Of a DNA stretch of 64,000 nt, positions 54,384-63,076 are shown piece after piece. The notes below the pieces were generated by a model, which did not search any database, was not told the origin of the DNA, and saw nothing but the letters and a program-made list of their open reading frames with translations. How positions within the stretch are numbered: position 1 is the stretch's first letter; each line of letters begins with the position of its first letter. The DNA comes from Patescibacteria group bacterium (GTDB taxonomy: Bacteria; Patescibacteriota; Patescibacteriia; UBA9570; JAHJKD01): the NCBI GenBank assembly GCA_041660885.1, contig JBAZVM010000007.1, positions 17,896-81,895 of the forward strand, read 5' to 3'. Made by a program: the position numbers and the translations under genes.

Positions 54384-55061
54384 TCAATCCTGATTTTTTA
54401 TGGAAAAAGGATTGAATTTGGTATGTCTATCGTAATAGTCTTCTTGCTCTTGTTTCTTTAGAAAGCCGACAATTTTGTAAGTGATCGGCGTAAATATAGT
54501 TTCCAAGCCGACTTTAAAAATATAATTGGAAATTAGAACCGTCAGCAATAAAGAAGCGGGCAAAACACCCCAAAAGGCTACGAGTACGAAAATCGCGGTA
54601 TCAAACCCCTCGCCTATTATTGTTGAGCCGATGGTGCGCAGCCATAAAAACTTGCCTTGAGTTTTTATTTTTAATTTCGCCAGAGTAAAAGAATTAGTGA
54701 ACTCGCCAACCAAATAAGCTATTAAACTCGCGGCTACTATTCTTGGAGTTAAACCTAATATAGCGTTATACGCTTCTTGATTCGGCCAATCCGCGGCAGG
54801 AGGTAGCTTGCCTACGATAATGATCGTAAGGGACATTAACAAGGCGCAAGCAAAGCCCGTCCAGATCACTCTACGCGAACGGGCATATCCGTAAACTTCG
54901 GTTAAAATATCGCCGAAAATATAACTTAAGGGAAATAAAAGCGTTCCGCCATCAAAAGTAAACGGCCCGAATAACATTATTTTCGTTGAAACGATATTGG
55001 AAATCAATAACACGGCCACGAACAGCCCAAGAATAATATCGAAATATTTATATGGTTTCAT
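54384..55061 (-). CDS. yhhQ: queuosine-precursor transporter (YhhQ/VUT family)
   Basis: 225 aa, 6 TM helices. Typical LFPLSYIFGDILTEVYGY and RTIGSTIIGEGFDT motifs. Confidence 0.8.
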   Translation of the reverse strand: MKPYKYFDIILGLFVAVLLISNIVSTKIMLFGPFTFDGGTLLFPLSYIFGDILTEVYGYARSRRVIWTGFACALLMSLTIIIVGKLPPAADWPNQEAYNAILGLTPRIVAASLIAYLVGEFTNSFTLAKLKIKTQGKFLWLRTIGSTIIGEGFDTAIFVLVAFWGVLPASLLLTVLISNYIFKVGLETIFTPITYKIVGFLKKQEQEDYYDRHTKFNPFSIKNQD

Positions 55062-55065
55062 AAAG

Positions 55066-55137
55066 CACCGGGTACGGGAATCGGACCCGTGTTATCTGGC
55101 TGAGAACCAGACGTCCTAGCCACTAGACGAACCCGGC
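55066..55137 (-). tRNA. tRNA-Glu (anticodon CUC), copy 1, atypical T-loop
   Basis: GCCGGGTTCGTCTAGTGGCTAGGACGTCTGGTTCTCAGCCAGATAACACGGGTCCGATTCCCGTACCCGGTG. The cloverleaf folds. The T-loop TCCGATT has C at position 55. The first acceptor pair is G-U. Confidence 0.7.
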
Positions 55138-55234
55138 ATATTAATAATTGTTATACTCGATAAACAAACTCGTCTCTTCTTCATCTACACTATTTTACGA
55201 TGATCAGTTCCCGTCCAACTGATCATCGTACCTC

Positions 55235-55630
55235 CTACAACGACTCTACGTTGTACATCGGCGCTCTACTGGGATCTTGAAAAAATTGTTTACAACTCAG
55301 AGGTGTAATGTACAATTCTACTCTCCGAGTTTGCCCCTCCATACTCGGTATCCATGTACATTCACCCTTGGGTCTCATTTGTTTGAATTCCGCGTTGCAC
55401 ATCGCGAGCGCTTCATTATAAGCTTCTTTGGATTTAGCCATTTTGTCCGACGCGACGAGCAAACAACATTGACCATTCTTAGGGCAATAGTAATACGGAT
55501 TCTTACCGCCCGTTGAAAACGATGGGGATGACGGTGTTTCCTCGCCGTAGATACCCGCCAAGAAAAGGAACAACACGACCACCAACATAAAAACACAAAA
55601 GCCAATAAACGTCACCCAGTTCTGCCGCAT
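55235..55630 (-). CDS. membrane-anchored Cys-rich exported protein (island 6)
   Basis: I place the start at MRQNWVTFIGF (ATG 55630-55628, SD GAGGA 4 nt upstream); an alternative ATG is at 55657. The track start 55774 would read through the tRNA. One TM helix and 6 Cys in the ectodomain. Confidence 0.5.
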   Translation of the reverse strand: MRQNWVTFIGFCVFMLVVVLFLFLAGIYGEETPSSPSFSTGGKNPYYYCPKNGQCCLLVASDKMAKSKEAYNEALAMCNAEFKQMRPKGECTWIPSMEGQTRRVELYITPLSCKQFFQDPSRAPMYNVESL

Positions 55631-55662
55631 AGTATCCTCGTTTTTTATTGGCATCATTGCCG

Positions 55663-55734
55663 CACCGAATATGGGAATCGAACCCATGCTATCTGGCTGA
55701 GAACCAGACGTCCTAGCCACTAGACGAACCCGGC
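55663..55734 (-). tRNA. tRNA-Glu (anticodon CUC), copy 2
   Basis: The 5' 45 nt are identical to copy 1. The 3' part is TAGCATGGGTTCGATTCCCATATTCGGTG, with a canonical T-loop, but the acceptor stem has three G-U pairs. Confidence 0.7.
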
Positions 55735-55790
55735 ATATAAGAGGCGCATTGTTATGCGCCTCAAAAACAAACAATTTTATTAAATATATA

Positions 55791-56813
55791 TTATTTTATA
55801 TATTTGGCAAGTTCCACGGCTTGTTCCACCAAGCGGTTGGAATAGCCCCATTCGTTATCATACCAAGCGATTACTTTTACCAAATCGCCGCCAACCACAT
55901 TGGTTAACGCCAAATCAACGATATTGGAAGCGGGATTGCCCACTACATCGGAAGAAACAATAGGTTCATCAGTAACGGTAAGAATGCCTTTATACTTCGG
56001 CTGTTCGCTGGCCTTTTTCAAGGCGGCATTCACTTCTTCTTTGGTGGTTTCTTTTTCCGTAATGAACACGATATCGGAAAGAGAACCGCAAGGCACTGGT
56101 ACGCGAATGGCCAAGCCATCGAATATACCTTTAAAATGTTTAATGGTTTTACCCACGGCTCTGGCCGCTCCGGTGGAAGTGGGCACGATGTTCAAAGCGG
56201 AAGCGCGCGCTCGGCGCATATCCCCGCTTTTATGGGAACCATCTACTAAATTTTGATCCGCGGTATAGGCGTGGATGGTGGTCATCATGGCTTTTTTTAC
56301 GCCGAATACTTCTTGCATTACTTTCATCACTGGCGCGATGCAATTGGTGGTGCAGGAAGCGTTAGAAATAATCTGTTCTGACTCATGGTCCATCTCATCT
56401 TGATTAACGCCTAAAACATAAGTGCCTACCGGGTCGTCCCCTTTGCTTGGCGCGGAAATGATCACGCGTTTGGCGCCGGCATCTAAATGCGCTTTGGCTT
56501 TTTCCTTTTTGGTAAAAAGGCCGGTGCATTCCAACACGATATCAACGCCCAATTCTTTCCAAGGAAGATCTTTGGGTTCTCTCACTGCTAATTTTTTATA
56601 TTTTTTACCGTCTACCACTAAAATATCTTCTCCTTCAGTGCTCACGGTTCCCTCGTAGGTTCCATAGACGGAATCGTACTTGAATAAATGCGCGGAATCT
56701 TGAACAGAAGATAATCCATTGATAGCTACGACTTCTACGTCGTTTCTTTTTATCGCTACTTTGAAAGCAGCTTTCCCGATACGGCCAAAGCCGTTTATGG
56801 CAATTTTCACCAT
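55791..56813 (-). CDS. gap: type I glyceraldehyde-3-phosphate dehydrogenase
   Basis: 340 aa. INGFGRIGK and the SNASCTTNC active site. Confidence 0.95.
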   Translation of the reverse strand: MVKIAINGFGRIGKAAFKVAIKRNDVEVVAINGLSSVQDSAHLFKYDSVYGTYEGTVSTEGEDILVVDGKKYKKLAVREPKDLPWKELGVDIVLECTGLFTKKEKAKAHLDAGAKRVIISAPSKGDDPVGTYVLGVNQDEMDHESEQIISNASCTTNCIAPVMKVMQEVFGVKKAMMTTIHAYTADQNLVDGSHKSGDMRRARASALNIVPTSTGAARAVGKTIKHFKGIFDGLAIRVPVPCGSLSDIVFITEKETTKEEVNAALKKASEQPKYKGILTVTDEPIVSSDVVGNPASNIVDLALTNVVGGDLVKVIAWYDNEWGYSNRLVEQAVELAKYIK

Positions 56814-56886
56814 ACAATACTTTATTAATAATTAACGAACGGCGCCATTATAGCGCCAAAAATAACTAAAAGCAAGGCAATTACGC

Positions 56887-57843
56887 TTACTTTTTCCACT
56901 CATAATTATCAAACGCCCATTGAATCAATTCTTTGCTTTCCGCGTCGCGAGAAACTTCGTCTGGCAAGCCCATAACTACGGTAATTATTTCGTTTCCTTG
57001 AGCATTTTTTGCTATTGAAGCCAAACAATAACCGGCCTCATAAGTAAAACCGGTTTTACCGCCAATCACATTTACTTCTTCGTCGAGCATTATTTTAACC
57101 GTGCTTTTTACCGTGTGTTCATGATTATCCGGAGGAATAAGCATTTTATGTTCCTTCATCGCCATGGCTTCTTTTAATTCTTTATGGCTGATCACTTCTC
57201 CTAAAATTATGGCCATATCTTGGGGGCTTGATTTGTTGTTTTCATCCAAGCCGGTTGGTTCCACGAAATGGCTGTTCTGCAAACCCAATTGCTCGGCTTT
57301 CTTGTTCATGGCTTTTTTAAATTGCTCATCGTTCATGCCAATACTATGAGAAAGCGCCATAGCCGTATTATTGGCCGAACCTATTAAAGTAACGCGCAAA
57401 AGATCCAGCATGTTCAACTCTTGGTCGCTGTCGATTTGCAGCTTGGCGCCGATCAAGCTGTTTTCTCCTGATGTCATTTTATGTTTTGCGTCCCATCCCG
57501 GATTATTTTCCGCAAAAACCAAAACAGTCATTAATTTTGTCATGCTCGCTATAGGCAAAGAAGCGGTTTGGTTCTTTTGCCAAAGCACTTCTTTTGTTTT
57601 GGCGTCCATAACGACAGCGGCCTTGGCTTGAATATCTTCCGGACCCGCGTTTAGTCCCTTTGGCCGGGGAGGAGTTGCTTCTTTTATAGTCGGCAAGTCA
57701 CTTTTAATTTTTCCCATGCCAAAACTATATTCATTATCCGCGCTGTAAGTTGGAACTAAATATAAATCGTCTTCAATAATTTGCGGGACGGAAAAACCAG
57801 TAAGTTCGGCTAAGATGAATAAGCTTAATAAAAAATTATTCAT
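56887..57843 (-). CDS. D-alanyl-D-alanine carboxypeptidase (S11 family)
   Basis: 318 aa with a signal sequence. SxxK (ASMTK), SxN (SAN) and KTG (GGKTGFT) motifs. Confidence 0.8.
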   Translation of the reverse strand: MNNFLLSLFILAELTGFSVPQIIEDDLYLVPTYSADNEYSFGMGKIKSDLPTIKEATPPRPKGLNAGPEDIQAKAAVVMDAKTKEVLWQKNQTASLPIASMTKLMTVLVFAENNPGWDAKHKMTSGENSLIGAKLQIDSDQELNMLDLLRVTLIGSANNTAMALSHSIGMNDEQFKKAMNKKAEQLGLQNSHFVEPTGLDENNKSSPQDMAIILGEVISHKELKEAMAMKEHKMLIPPDNHEHTVKSTVKIMLDEEVNVIGGKTGFTYEAGYCLASIAKNAQGNEIITVVMGLPDEVSRDAESKELIQWAFDNYEWKK

Positions 57844-58432
57844 GTTTTTTCTCTTCCACTTTTTCTAAGTCTTGAAAAAAATCTTCTTTGTTCTTATTCT
57901 GCGCTAAAAGCACCTCGCCTAATTTTAATTCTCTGTTTAATTTTTCAAAATCCGGCAATTCTTTTAATTCCTTCAAACCCAAGTGCTGCATGAATTCAAA
58001 AGTCACTTGATATACGGGCACGCCTTTCTTTTTATCTTGCCGCTCGGCTACCAAGCCGCGGATCATCAAGTTGCGGAGAATCAAGCTACAGTTCACTCCC
58101 CTGATCATTTCTATGTCCGCCTTTGTTATGGGGCCGCGATAAGAAATAATAGCTAAAGTTTCCAAAGATGGCCGGGTTAATTCTCCGGTGCGCTCGTCTT
58201 TAATGTATTGGCGCACAATCTCGCTGCACTGGGGGCTGGTTATCATTTGCACGCGGTCGCCGTCTTGCATCAAAGCCAGCCCGCTTTCTCTTGTTTCGTA
58301 TTCTTTGCTAAGTTCGGCTAAAGCGGCTTTCAGTTCTTCTTCTTTACAATTTAAAATTTCTTTTAATTTAGACTTCTTTAAAAATTTAGAGCAGACAAAT
58401 AAAACGCTTTCTAATTGTTGTTTTAACTTCAT
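57836..58432 (-). CDS. scpB: segregation and condensation protein B
   Basis: 198 aa. LETLAIISYRGPITKADIEMIRGV motif. Overlaps scpA. Confidence 0.8.
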   Translation of the reverse strand: MKLKQQLESVLFVCSKFLKKSKLKEILNCKEEELKAALAELSKEYETRESGLALMQDGDRVQMITSPQCSEIVRQYIKDERTGELTRPSLETLAIISYRGPITKADIEMIRGVNCSLILRNLMIRGLVAERQDKKKGVPVYQVTFEFMQHLGLKELKELPDFEKLNRELKLGEVLLAQNKNKEDFFQDLEKVEEKKHE

Positions 58433-59130
58433 ATTTTTTGAATTTTTATATCTTCGAAATTATTTTCTTGCTTTACGCAAATAAATTCTTGTTTTACCAG
58501 TTCAAGCAACGCTAAAAAAGTTACGATTACTTCAGTTTTATTTTCCGCCTGATTTATTAAATCTTTAAAGCTCATTTCCAGTTTGGAAGCCAAAGTTTGC
58601 TGCAAATGAGAAATTTTCTCTTTCAGGGTGACGGACTTGGCAATAGCCGCGCTGGGCAATTTAATAATCGGCTCCAGCGAATCTAACACATCCTGATAAT
58701 AATTGCGTAGATCCCCTTGGTCGAAATCCGCGGGCGGGGTAAAAATAATTTCCGGCGCCAAATAGCGCGAATCCACGCGGCCGTAAGTGAAGTTGCGTTC
58801 TTTGATTTTGCTTTCCATTTTAATGGCCGCGTCATGAAACTCGCGGTATATTTTTAACTGTTCCTCCAGATTACCTTCAGGTTCATCATCATCTACTTGC
58901 AAATACGGCAATAAGGCTCTTGATTTGATCAATAATAATTTTGTGGCCACCACTAAAAAGTCCGCCAATTCTTCGGGATATAATTCTTCCACGCTGGATA
59001 AGTGCTTAATAAATTGCTCTGTAACTTTAGATAAAGAAATCTCCGTTATTTTAAGCTTCTCTTGCTCTATCAGGTTCAGAAGCAATTCAAAAGGTCCTTC
59101 GTATTGTTCAAGTTTTACTTGATACGCCAT
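58429..59130 (-). CDS. scpA: segregation and condensation protein A
   Basis: 233 aa. FEGPFELLLNLIEQEKLKITEISL N-terminus. Confidence 0.8.
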   Translation of the reverse strand: MAYQVKLEQYEGPFELLLNLIEQEKLKITEISLSKVTEQFIKHLSSVEELYPEELADFLVVATKLLLIKSRALLPYLQVDDDEPEGNLEEQLKIYREFHDAAIKMESKIKERNFTYGRVDSRYLAPEIIFTPPADFDQGDLRNYYQDVLDSLEPIIKLPSAAIAKSVTLKEKISHLQQTLASKLEMSFKDLINQAENKTEVIVTFLALLELVKQEFICVKQENNFEDIKIQKI

Positions 59131-59132
59131 GA

Positions 59133-59603
59133 TTATTTTTTTGCTTTGGAAAAAACAGCCTTACGCGGCTCTTCCAATTTTACGAATTGATTAGTTTTAA
59201 CGATGAACGATTGAGTATATTCTCCGGTGTTGAGTATCAGCTCTTTATTTTTATATAAAGCGGCGTCCATATATACGGGCAGCTTCAACAGCTTGCCAAA
59301 AGCCGGAGTGGCTCCCACTTTGCCCATGACATTTTTTTTCATCCATGGCTCCTTGGCAAAATCCACGCTCTTGGCTTTGGTTGCTTTCTTGAATTTGGCT
59401 TTGTCTAAATTCTTGCCGGCCGGCAACAAAGCCAGGCCGTATCCTTTGTCGATTTTCATCACCAAAGTTTTCACCACCAAATTCGGCTTTAAGCGCTGCG
59501 TGCAAGCGGAATCTAAAGCCGTAAAAACTTTACGATGTTCCACCACCTCATATTTTATTTTATTGTCTTCCAGATACTTAATGATTTTTTTTGCTATAGC
59601 CAT
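59133..59603 (-). CDS. YbaK/aminoacyl-tRNA editing domain protein
   Basis: 156 aa with YbaK-like size and pattern (VKTLVMK...G...PFG). Confidence 0.6.
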   Translation of the reverse strand: MAIAKKIIKYLEDNKIKYEVVEHRKVFTALDSACTQRLKPNLVVKTLVMKIDKGYGLALLPAGKNLDKAKFKKATKAKSVDFAKEPWMKKNVMGKVGATPAFGKLLKLPVYMDAALYKNKELILNTGEYTQSFIVKTNQFVKLEEPRKAVFSKAKK

Positions 59604-59604
59604 A

Positions 59605-60972
59605 TTATTTATTCTTTTTAGCCTTTCTCTTTTGAATCACCAAAGCAATAATTTTTCCCGCGAATAATAGGCCGTACATTATAATGCAGGCTAAACCGGC
59701 GGAGGCCAGCGCCATTTCATCGTCCATGGCGTAATAATAGGATGAACCGTTAAACAGCTTAACCATGGCGTATACGGAAAAAATTATAGACGCGACAACG
59801 AGCAACCCTGAAACAACCACATCGATAATCTGAAAAACTTTCATTACCGTGCGTACAGCCGGGCGAGAGGTTAAGTAATAAACCAAGCTAAAAATTAAAA
59901 AGAAGAGAAAAAACGGAGTGAATAAAGCGCCGAGCAAACCAAACACGGCCATGATAACGGTGTAAAATATCATCTTGGCTGTGTCTTCCCCGTCCCATTC
60001 ATAGCCGGATTTTACTTTTGTGTCTTTGTCCGCGTCTTTCGGGAAAAGATCTTTTTTCATATCAGCCACATAATAAGAACTGTGATACAGCTTCGTCAGC
60101 CAATATTTATTTTGCTGAGGATCAACCCAATAATCGCCGTTTGAATTGGTCGCTAATTTTTTTACTTCCTTGCTCTTGATAGTATCGGCGTATTCCGTGG
60201 TAAAGCCGCTTAGCTCTTGTTTGTGATCGGTAATAACATAAAGATAAATGCTCATGTAGGGGCTGGTATAATAACTGGAATAGTAATCACTGCTGGTCAC
60301 GGGAACATTTTGCGTGTCCGCGGATATCTGGGAAATTTTTAAAGGGAAAGTAATGTTCTCGGCCGTGAAAGTAAGAGCAAGAGGAGTAGCCGTGCCCGTG
60401 CTTAATTCACTGGCGACATCTGTGTCTTCCGCCATCTCTGGCACTATTTTCGCGGCTACGAAATACCAGCCGTTATTTATGTAATCGGTAAAAATGTATT
60501 TATACTTTTCCGGATATTTATACCCGTTATCCGTGAGCCATTTAGAGAGCGCGGTTGAATCCGTAGCCGAAAGCACGGATATATCGTAATAATCCACGGT
60601 TTTTTGTTCTAATACCGTGACACCGCTGTCTTTTTCAGTCGATTCCGCACCTAAACCCACAGAATAATCGTACGCGGGGTAATAATACCCTCCGGTAAGA
60701 TCTTCCAATTCCACAAACAAATCTTGCGTGCCCTGGGTTACTTCCGGCTGATTAGGCGTGGGTATAATCCAGGCAAAATCTTTGGCGTTTCCTTGAAAGG
60801 TCATGGAAAGCACTAAAGTTTCCATTTGCGATTCGGATTCGTAAAAAATCGCTCCCCTTTGCTGGGTTTCCCAGATATAATAATTGTCCGGAGGAATTAG
60901 TCCCCCGTCGGCTTTCGTTACTAACGGCAATAATAAGCTCAGGCAGAAAACAAACAGAATAATTTTTTTCAT
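59605..60972 (-). CDS. DUF2330-like secreted/membrane protein
   Basis: 455 aa. Signal peptide, then QRGAIFYE...LVLSMTFQGNAKDFAWIIPTP as in DUF2330. C-terminal TM helices. Confidence 0.6.
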   Translation of the reverse strand: MKKIILFVFCLSLLLPLVTKADGGLIPPDNYYIWETQQRGAIFYESESQMETLVLSMTFQGNAKDFAWIIPTPNQPEVTQGTQDLFVELEDLTGGYYYPAYDYSVGLGAESTEKDSGVTVLEQKTVDYYDISVLSATDSTALSKWLTDNGYKYPEKYKYIFTDYINNGWYFVAAKIVPEMAEDTDVASELSTGTATPLALTFTAENITFPLKISQISADTQNVPVTSSDYYSSYYTSPYMSIYLYVITDHKQELSGFTTEYADTIKSKEVKKLATNSNGDYWVDPQQNKYWLTKLYHSSYYVADMKKDLFPKDADKDTKVKSGYEWDGEDTAKMIFYTVIMAVFGLLGALFTPFFLFFLIFSLVYYLTSRPAVRTVMKVFQIIDVVVSGLLVVASIIFSVYAMVKLFNGSSYYYAMDDEMALASAGLACIIMYGLLFAGKIIALVIQKRKAKKNK

Positions 60973-60980
60973 ATTTTTAT

Positions 60981-61337
60981 TTAAAGATAATTATTTTGAT
61001 GCAATCTATGATTTTGTCTCTGTTCAATTATACCCGCCTCCACTAAACGCACGATCATTCTTTCTCTTAAATCCAATTCCAATATTTCCTTAATCTGTTT
61101 TGGCATTCTCGCTTGATTTTCTTTAAGCCAAATCCAGTATTGGGATATTACTCCAATAAGTTGTTCAGAATCCATGGAGTGTATTTTTTCTGTGGCTTCT
61201 TCCGCGGAATTAACTTGTAAAAACTCCACAAAAAACCCAGAGAATATTTTTTCTTCTCTTTTTTCCATATCTCTGTCTTCAGCGAACACTGGTAATGTTC
61301 CTTCATGTTTATTTCCTAATCTTCTTCTTGCTGGCAT
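60981..61337 (-). CDS. hypothetical protein
   Basis: I place the start at the internal Met MPARRRLGNK (61337). The track start overlaps 61349..61660. Confidence 0.4.
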   Translation of the reverse strand: MPARRRLGNKHEGTLPVFAEDRDMEKREEKIFSGFFVEFLQVNSAEEATEKIHSMDSEQLIGVISQYWIWLKENQARMPKQIKEILELDLRERMIVRLVEAGIIEQRQNHRLHQNNYL

Positions 61338-61348
61338 GAATAAATTTT

Positions 61349-61660
61349 TTAAAATAATTTTTGCTGGCGTGCCTTGTAAATCTTTAAAGCGGCTTTCTTG
61401 CCTTGCGGCGTTAATTTCACGAAAGTGAAAAACCATTTAGTCGCTGTTCTTTTGCCGTAACCCGTTAGTAATCCTTTATCTATTAATCTATTTATACTCC
61501 GGCTGATAATATCTATCTGATCTTTCTTTGTCGGGAACGCACGTGTGCGTTCCTTACCTTTTCTTTTTTTATAGAAATCAAGCAACTTGCCTCTTAATAC
61601 TTTTTCCCGAGCCCCGAGGCATTCCATGAGAATGTATTTCTGTAGGGCGGAAAGAGTCAT
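61349..61660 (-). CDS. small winged-helix DNA-binding protein
   Basis: 103 aa, basic. IISRSINRLIDKGLLTGYG is a recognition-helix-like segment. Carries the palindromic element translated as ERTRAFPT. Confidence 0.5.
   Translation of the reverse strand: MTLSALQKYILMECLGAREKVLRGKLLDFYKKRKGKERTRAFPTKKDQIDIISRSINRLIDKGLLTGYGKRTATKWFFTFVKLTPQGKKAALKIYKARQQKLF
61533..61558 (+). repeat. GGGAACGCACGTGTGCGTTCCTTACC palindromic element inside 61349..61660
   Basis: Same 26-mer as 46774-46799, with one central A/G difference. Confidence 0.8.
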
Positions 61661-61677
61661 AATATTATTTATTAATT

Positions 61678-63057
61678 CTAGAGGCCTAATTCTTTTAATT
61701 GCGCCTTATCAACACTTGATGGCGAATCCATTAGCGGGTCCCGGCCTTCCAAAGTTTTTGGAAAAGCGATCACCTCGCGGATGCTTTCCTCCCCGGCCAG
61801 TACCATCACTAATCTATCTAACCCGCAGGCGATTCCACCGTGCGGTGGCACGCCATATTTAAACGCTTCCAGCAGATGGCCGAACTTGGCTTGGATCTCT
61901 TCTTTGCTGTGGCCCAAAGCTTGAAACACTTCGGATAATATTTCCGGATCATGCGTACGAATGGATCCGCCAAATATCTCATTGCCATTCAAAGCTAAAT
62001 CGTATTGTTGCGCTTTTATGCTTTCCAATTTTCTTTCTTTAAGTTTCGGCAGATCTTTTTCTTGGATGGCGGTGAAAGGATGATGCGTGGCTCCCCAGGT
62101 GCCGTCGTCTTTCTTTTCAAACATGGGAAAATCCGTGACCCAGCAAAAAGCCAGCTCGTTTTTGTCTTTTTTATCCTTTCTCATGTCCGGCCGATCATTT
62201 TTATATTTGGCCATGGAGTCTTCATAGCTGATTCTCGGGAAAGGCGTTTGCGCGATTTTCTTTTCCGGGCAAACCTTGGCCACTAATTCTATTATTAATT
62301 TTTCTATCAAGTTTAAAATTTCTTCTTGGTCGGTAAAACTTTTCTCCACATCAAGCTGGGTGAATTCCACTTGTCTGTCTCCCCTCGCGTCTTCATCGCG
62401 GAAGCAGCGCACCACTTGAAAGTACTTTTCCATGCCGGCCACCATCAGCATCTGCTTATATTGCTGGGGAGACTGCGGCAAAGCGTAAAACTTTCCTTTA
62501 AAATTGCGGGAAGGCACTAAAAAATCTCTCGCGCCTTCGGGAGTAGACTTTGAGAGAAAAGGAGTTTCAATTTCCGTGAATCCCTGCTTGTAAAAATACT
62601 CTCTCATGAATCGAACAACATCATGGCGCAACACCAGATTCTTTTTCATTCTCTCTCTTCTTAAATCCAGATACCGGTATTTCAGCCTTAACTCCTCATT
62701 AACTTCTTCTTTAAACTGGTCTTTAATTTCAAAAGGCGTTACTGCCGCTTTATTGATAATCTCTAAATCTAAAGCCTCAATCTCTACCGTACCGGTCGGT
62801 GTTTCTTTTTTCACTTGCTTTGGCGGCCGGGCATTAACTTTGCCTTTTATGGCAACTACATATTCCAAGCCAAGTTGGTCCGCTTTTTTTATCAATTCCT
62901 TATTATTCGGCAAGAAAACAACTTGCACTTGGCCTGACTTATCGCGCAAATCGATAAATATCAGCTTGCCCATATTGCGGCGGCTGTGCACCCATCCTTT
63001 TAATAACACCTCCTGACCGATTTTTTCTGCGCTTTCAATGGTATTGGTTCGTTTCAT
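61678..63057 (-). CDS. aspS: aspartate--tRNA ligase (compact form without the bacterial insertion domain)
   Basis: 459 aa. QSPQQYKQMLMVAGMEKYFQVVRCFRDEDARGDRQVEFTQLD, GGSIRTHD and PPHGGIACGLDRLVM class II motifs. Confidence 0.85.
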   Translation of the reverse strand: MKRTNTIESAEKIGQEVLLKGWVHSRRNMGKLIFIDLRDKSGQVQVVFLPNNKELIKKADQLGLEYVVAIKGKVNARPPKQVKKETPTGTVEIEALDLEIINKAAVTPFEIKDQFKEEVNEELRLKYRYLDLRRERMKKNLVLRHDVVRFMREYFYKQGFTEIETPFLSKSTPEGARDFLVPSRNFKGKFYALPQSPQQYKQMLMVAGMEKYFQVVRCFRDEDARGDRQVEFTQLDVEKSFTDQEEILNLIEKLIIELVAKVCPEKKIAQTPFPRISYEDSMAKYKNDRPDMRKDKKDKNELAFCWVTDFPMFEKKDDGTWGATHHPFTAIQEKDLPKLKERKLESIKAQQYDLALNGNEIFGGSIRTHDPEILSEVFQALGHSKEEIQAKFGHLLEAFKYGVPPHGGIACGLDRLVMVLAGEESIREVIAFPKTLEGRDPLMDSPSSVDKAQLKELGL

Positions 63058-63076
63058 GAGATTAATTAAAATTATA

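Noticed and set aside
55631-55774. Track N-terminal extension of 55235..55774 (MFVFEAHNNAPLICRVRLVARTSGSQPDSMGSIPIFGAA...).
   Set aside because: It is read straight through the tRNA-Glu copy 2 gene (55663-55734). A downstream ATG with a GAGGA SD gives a normal TM-anchored protein.
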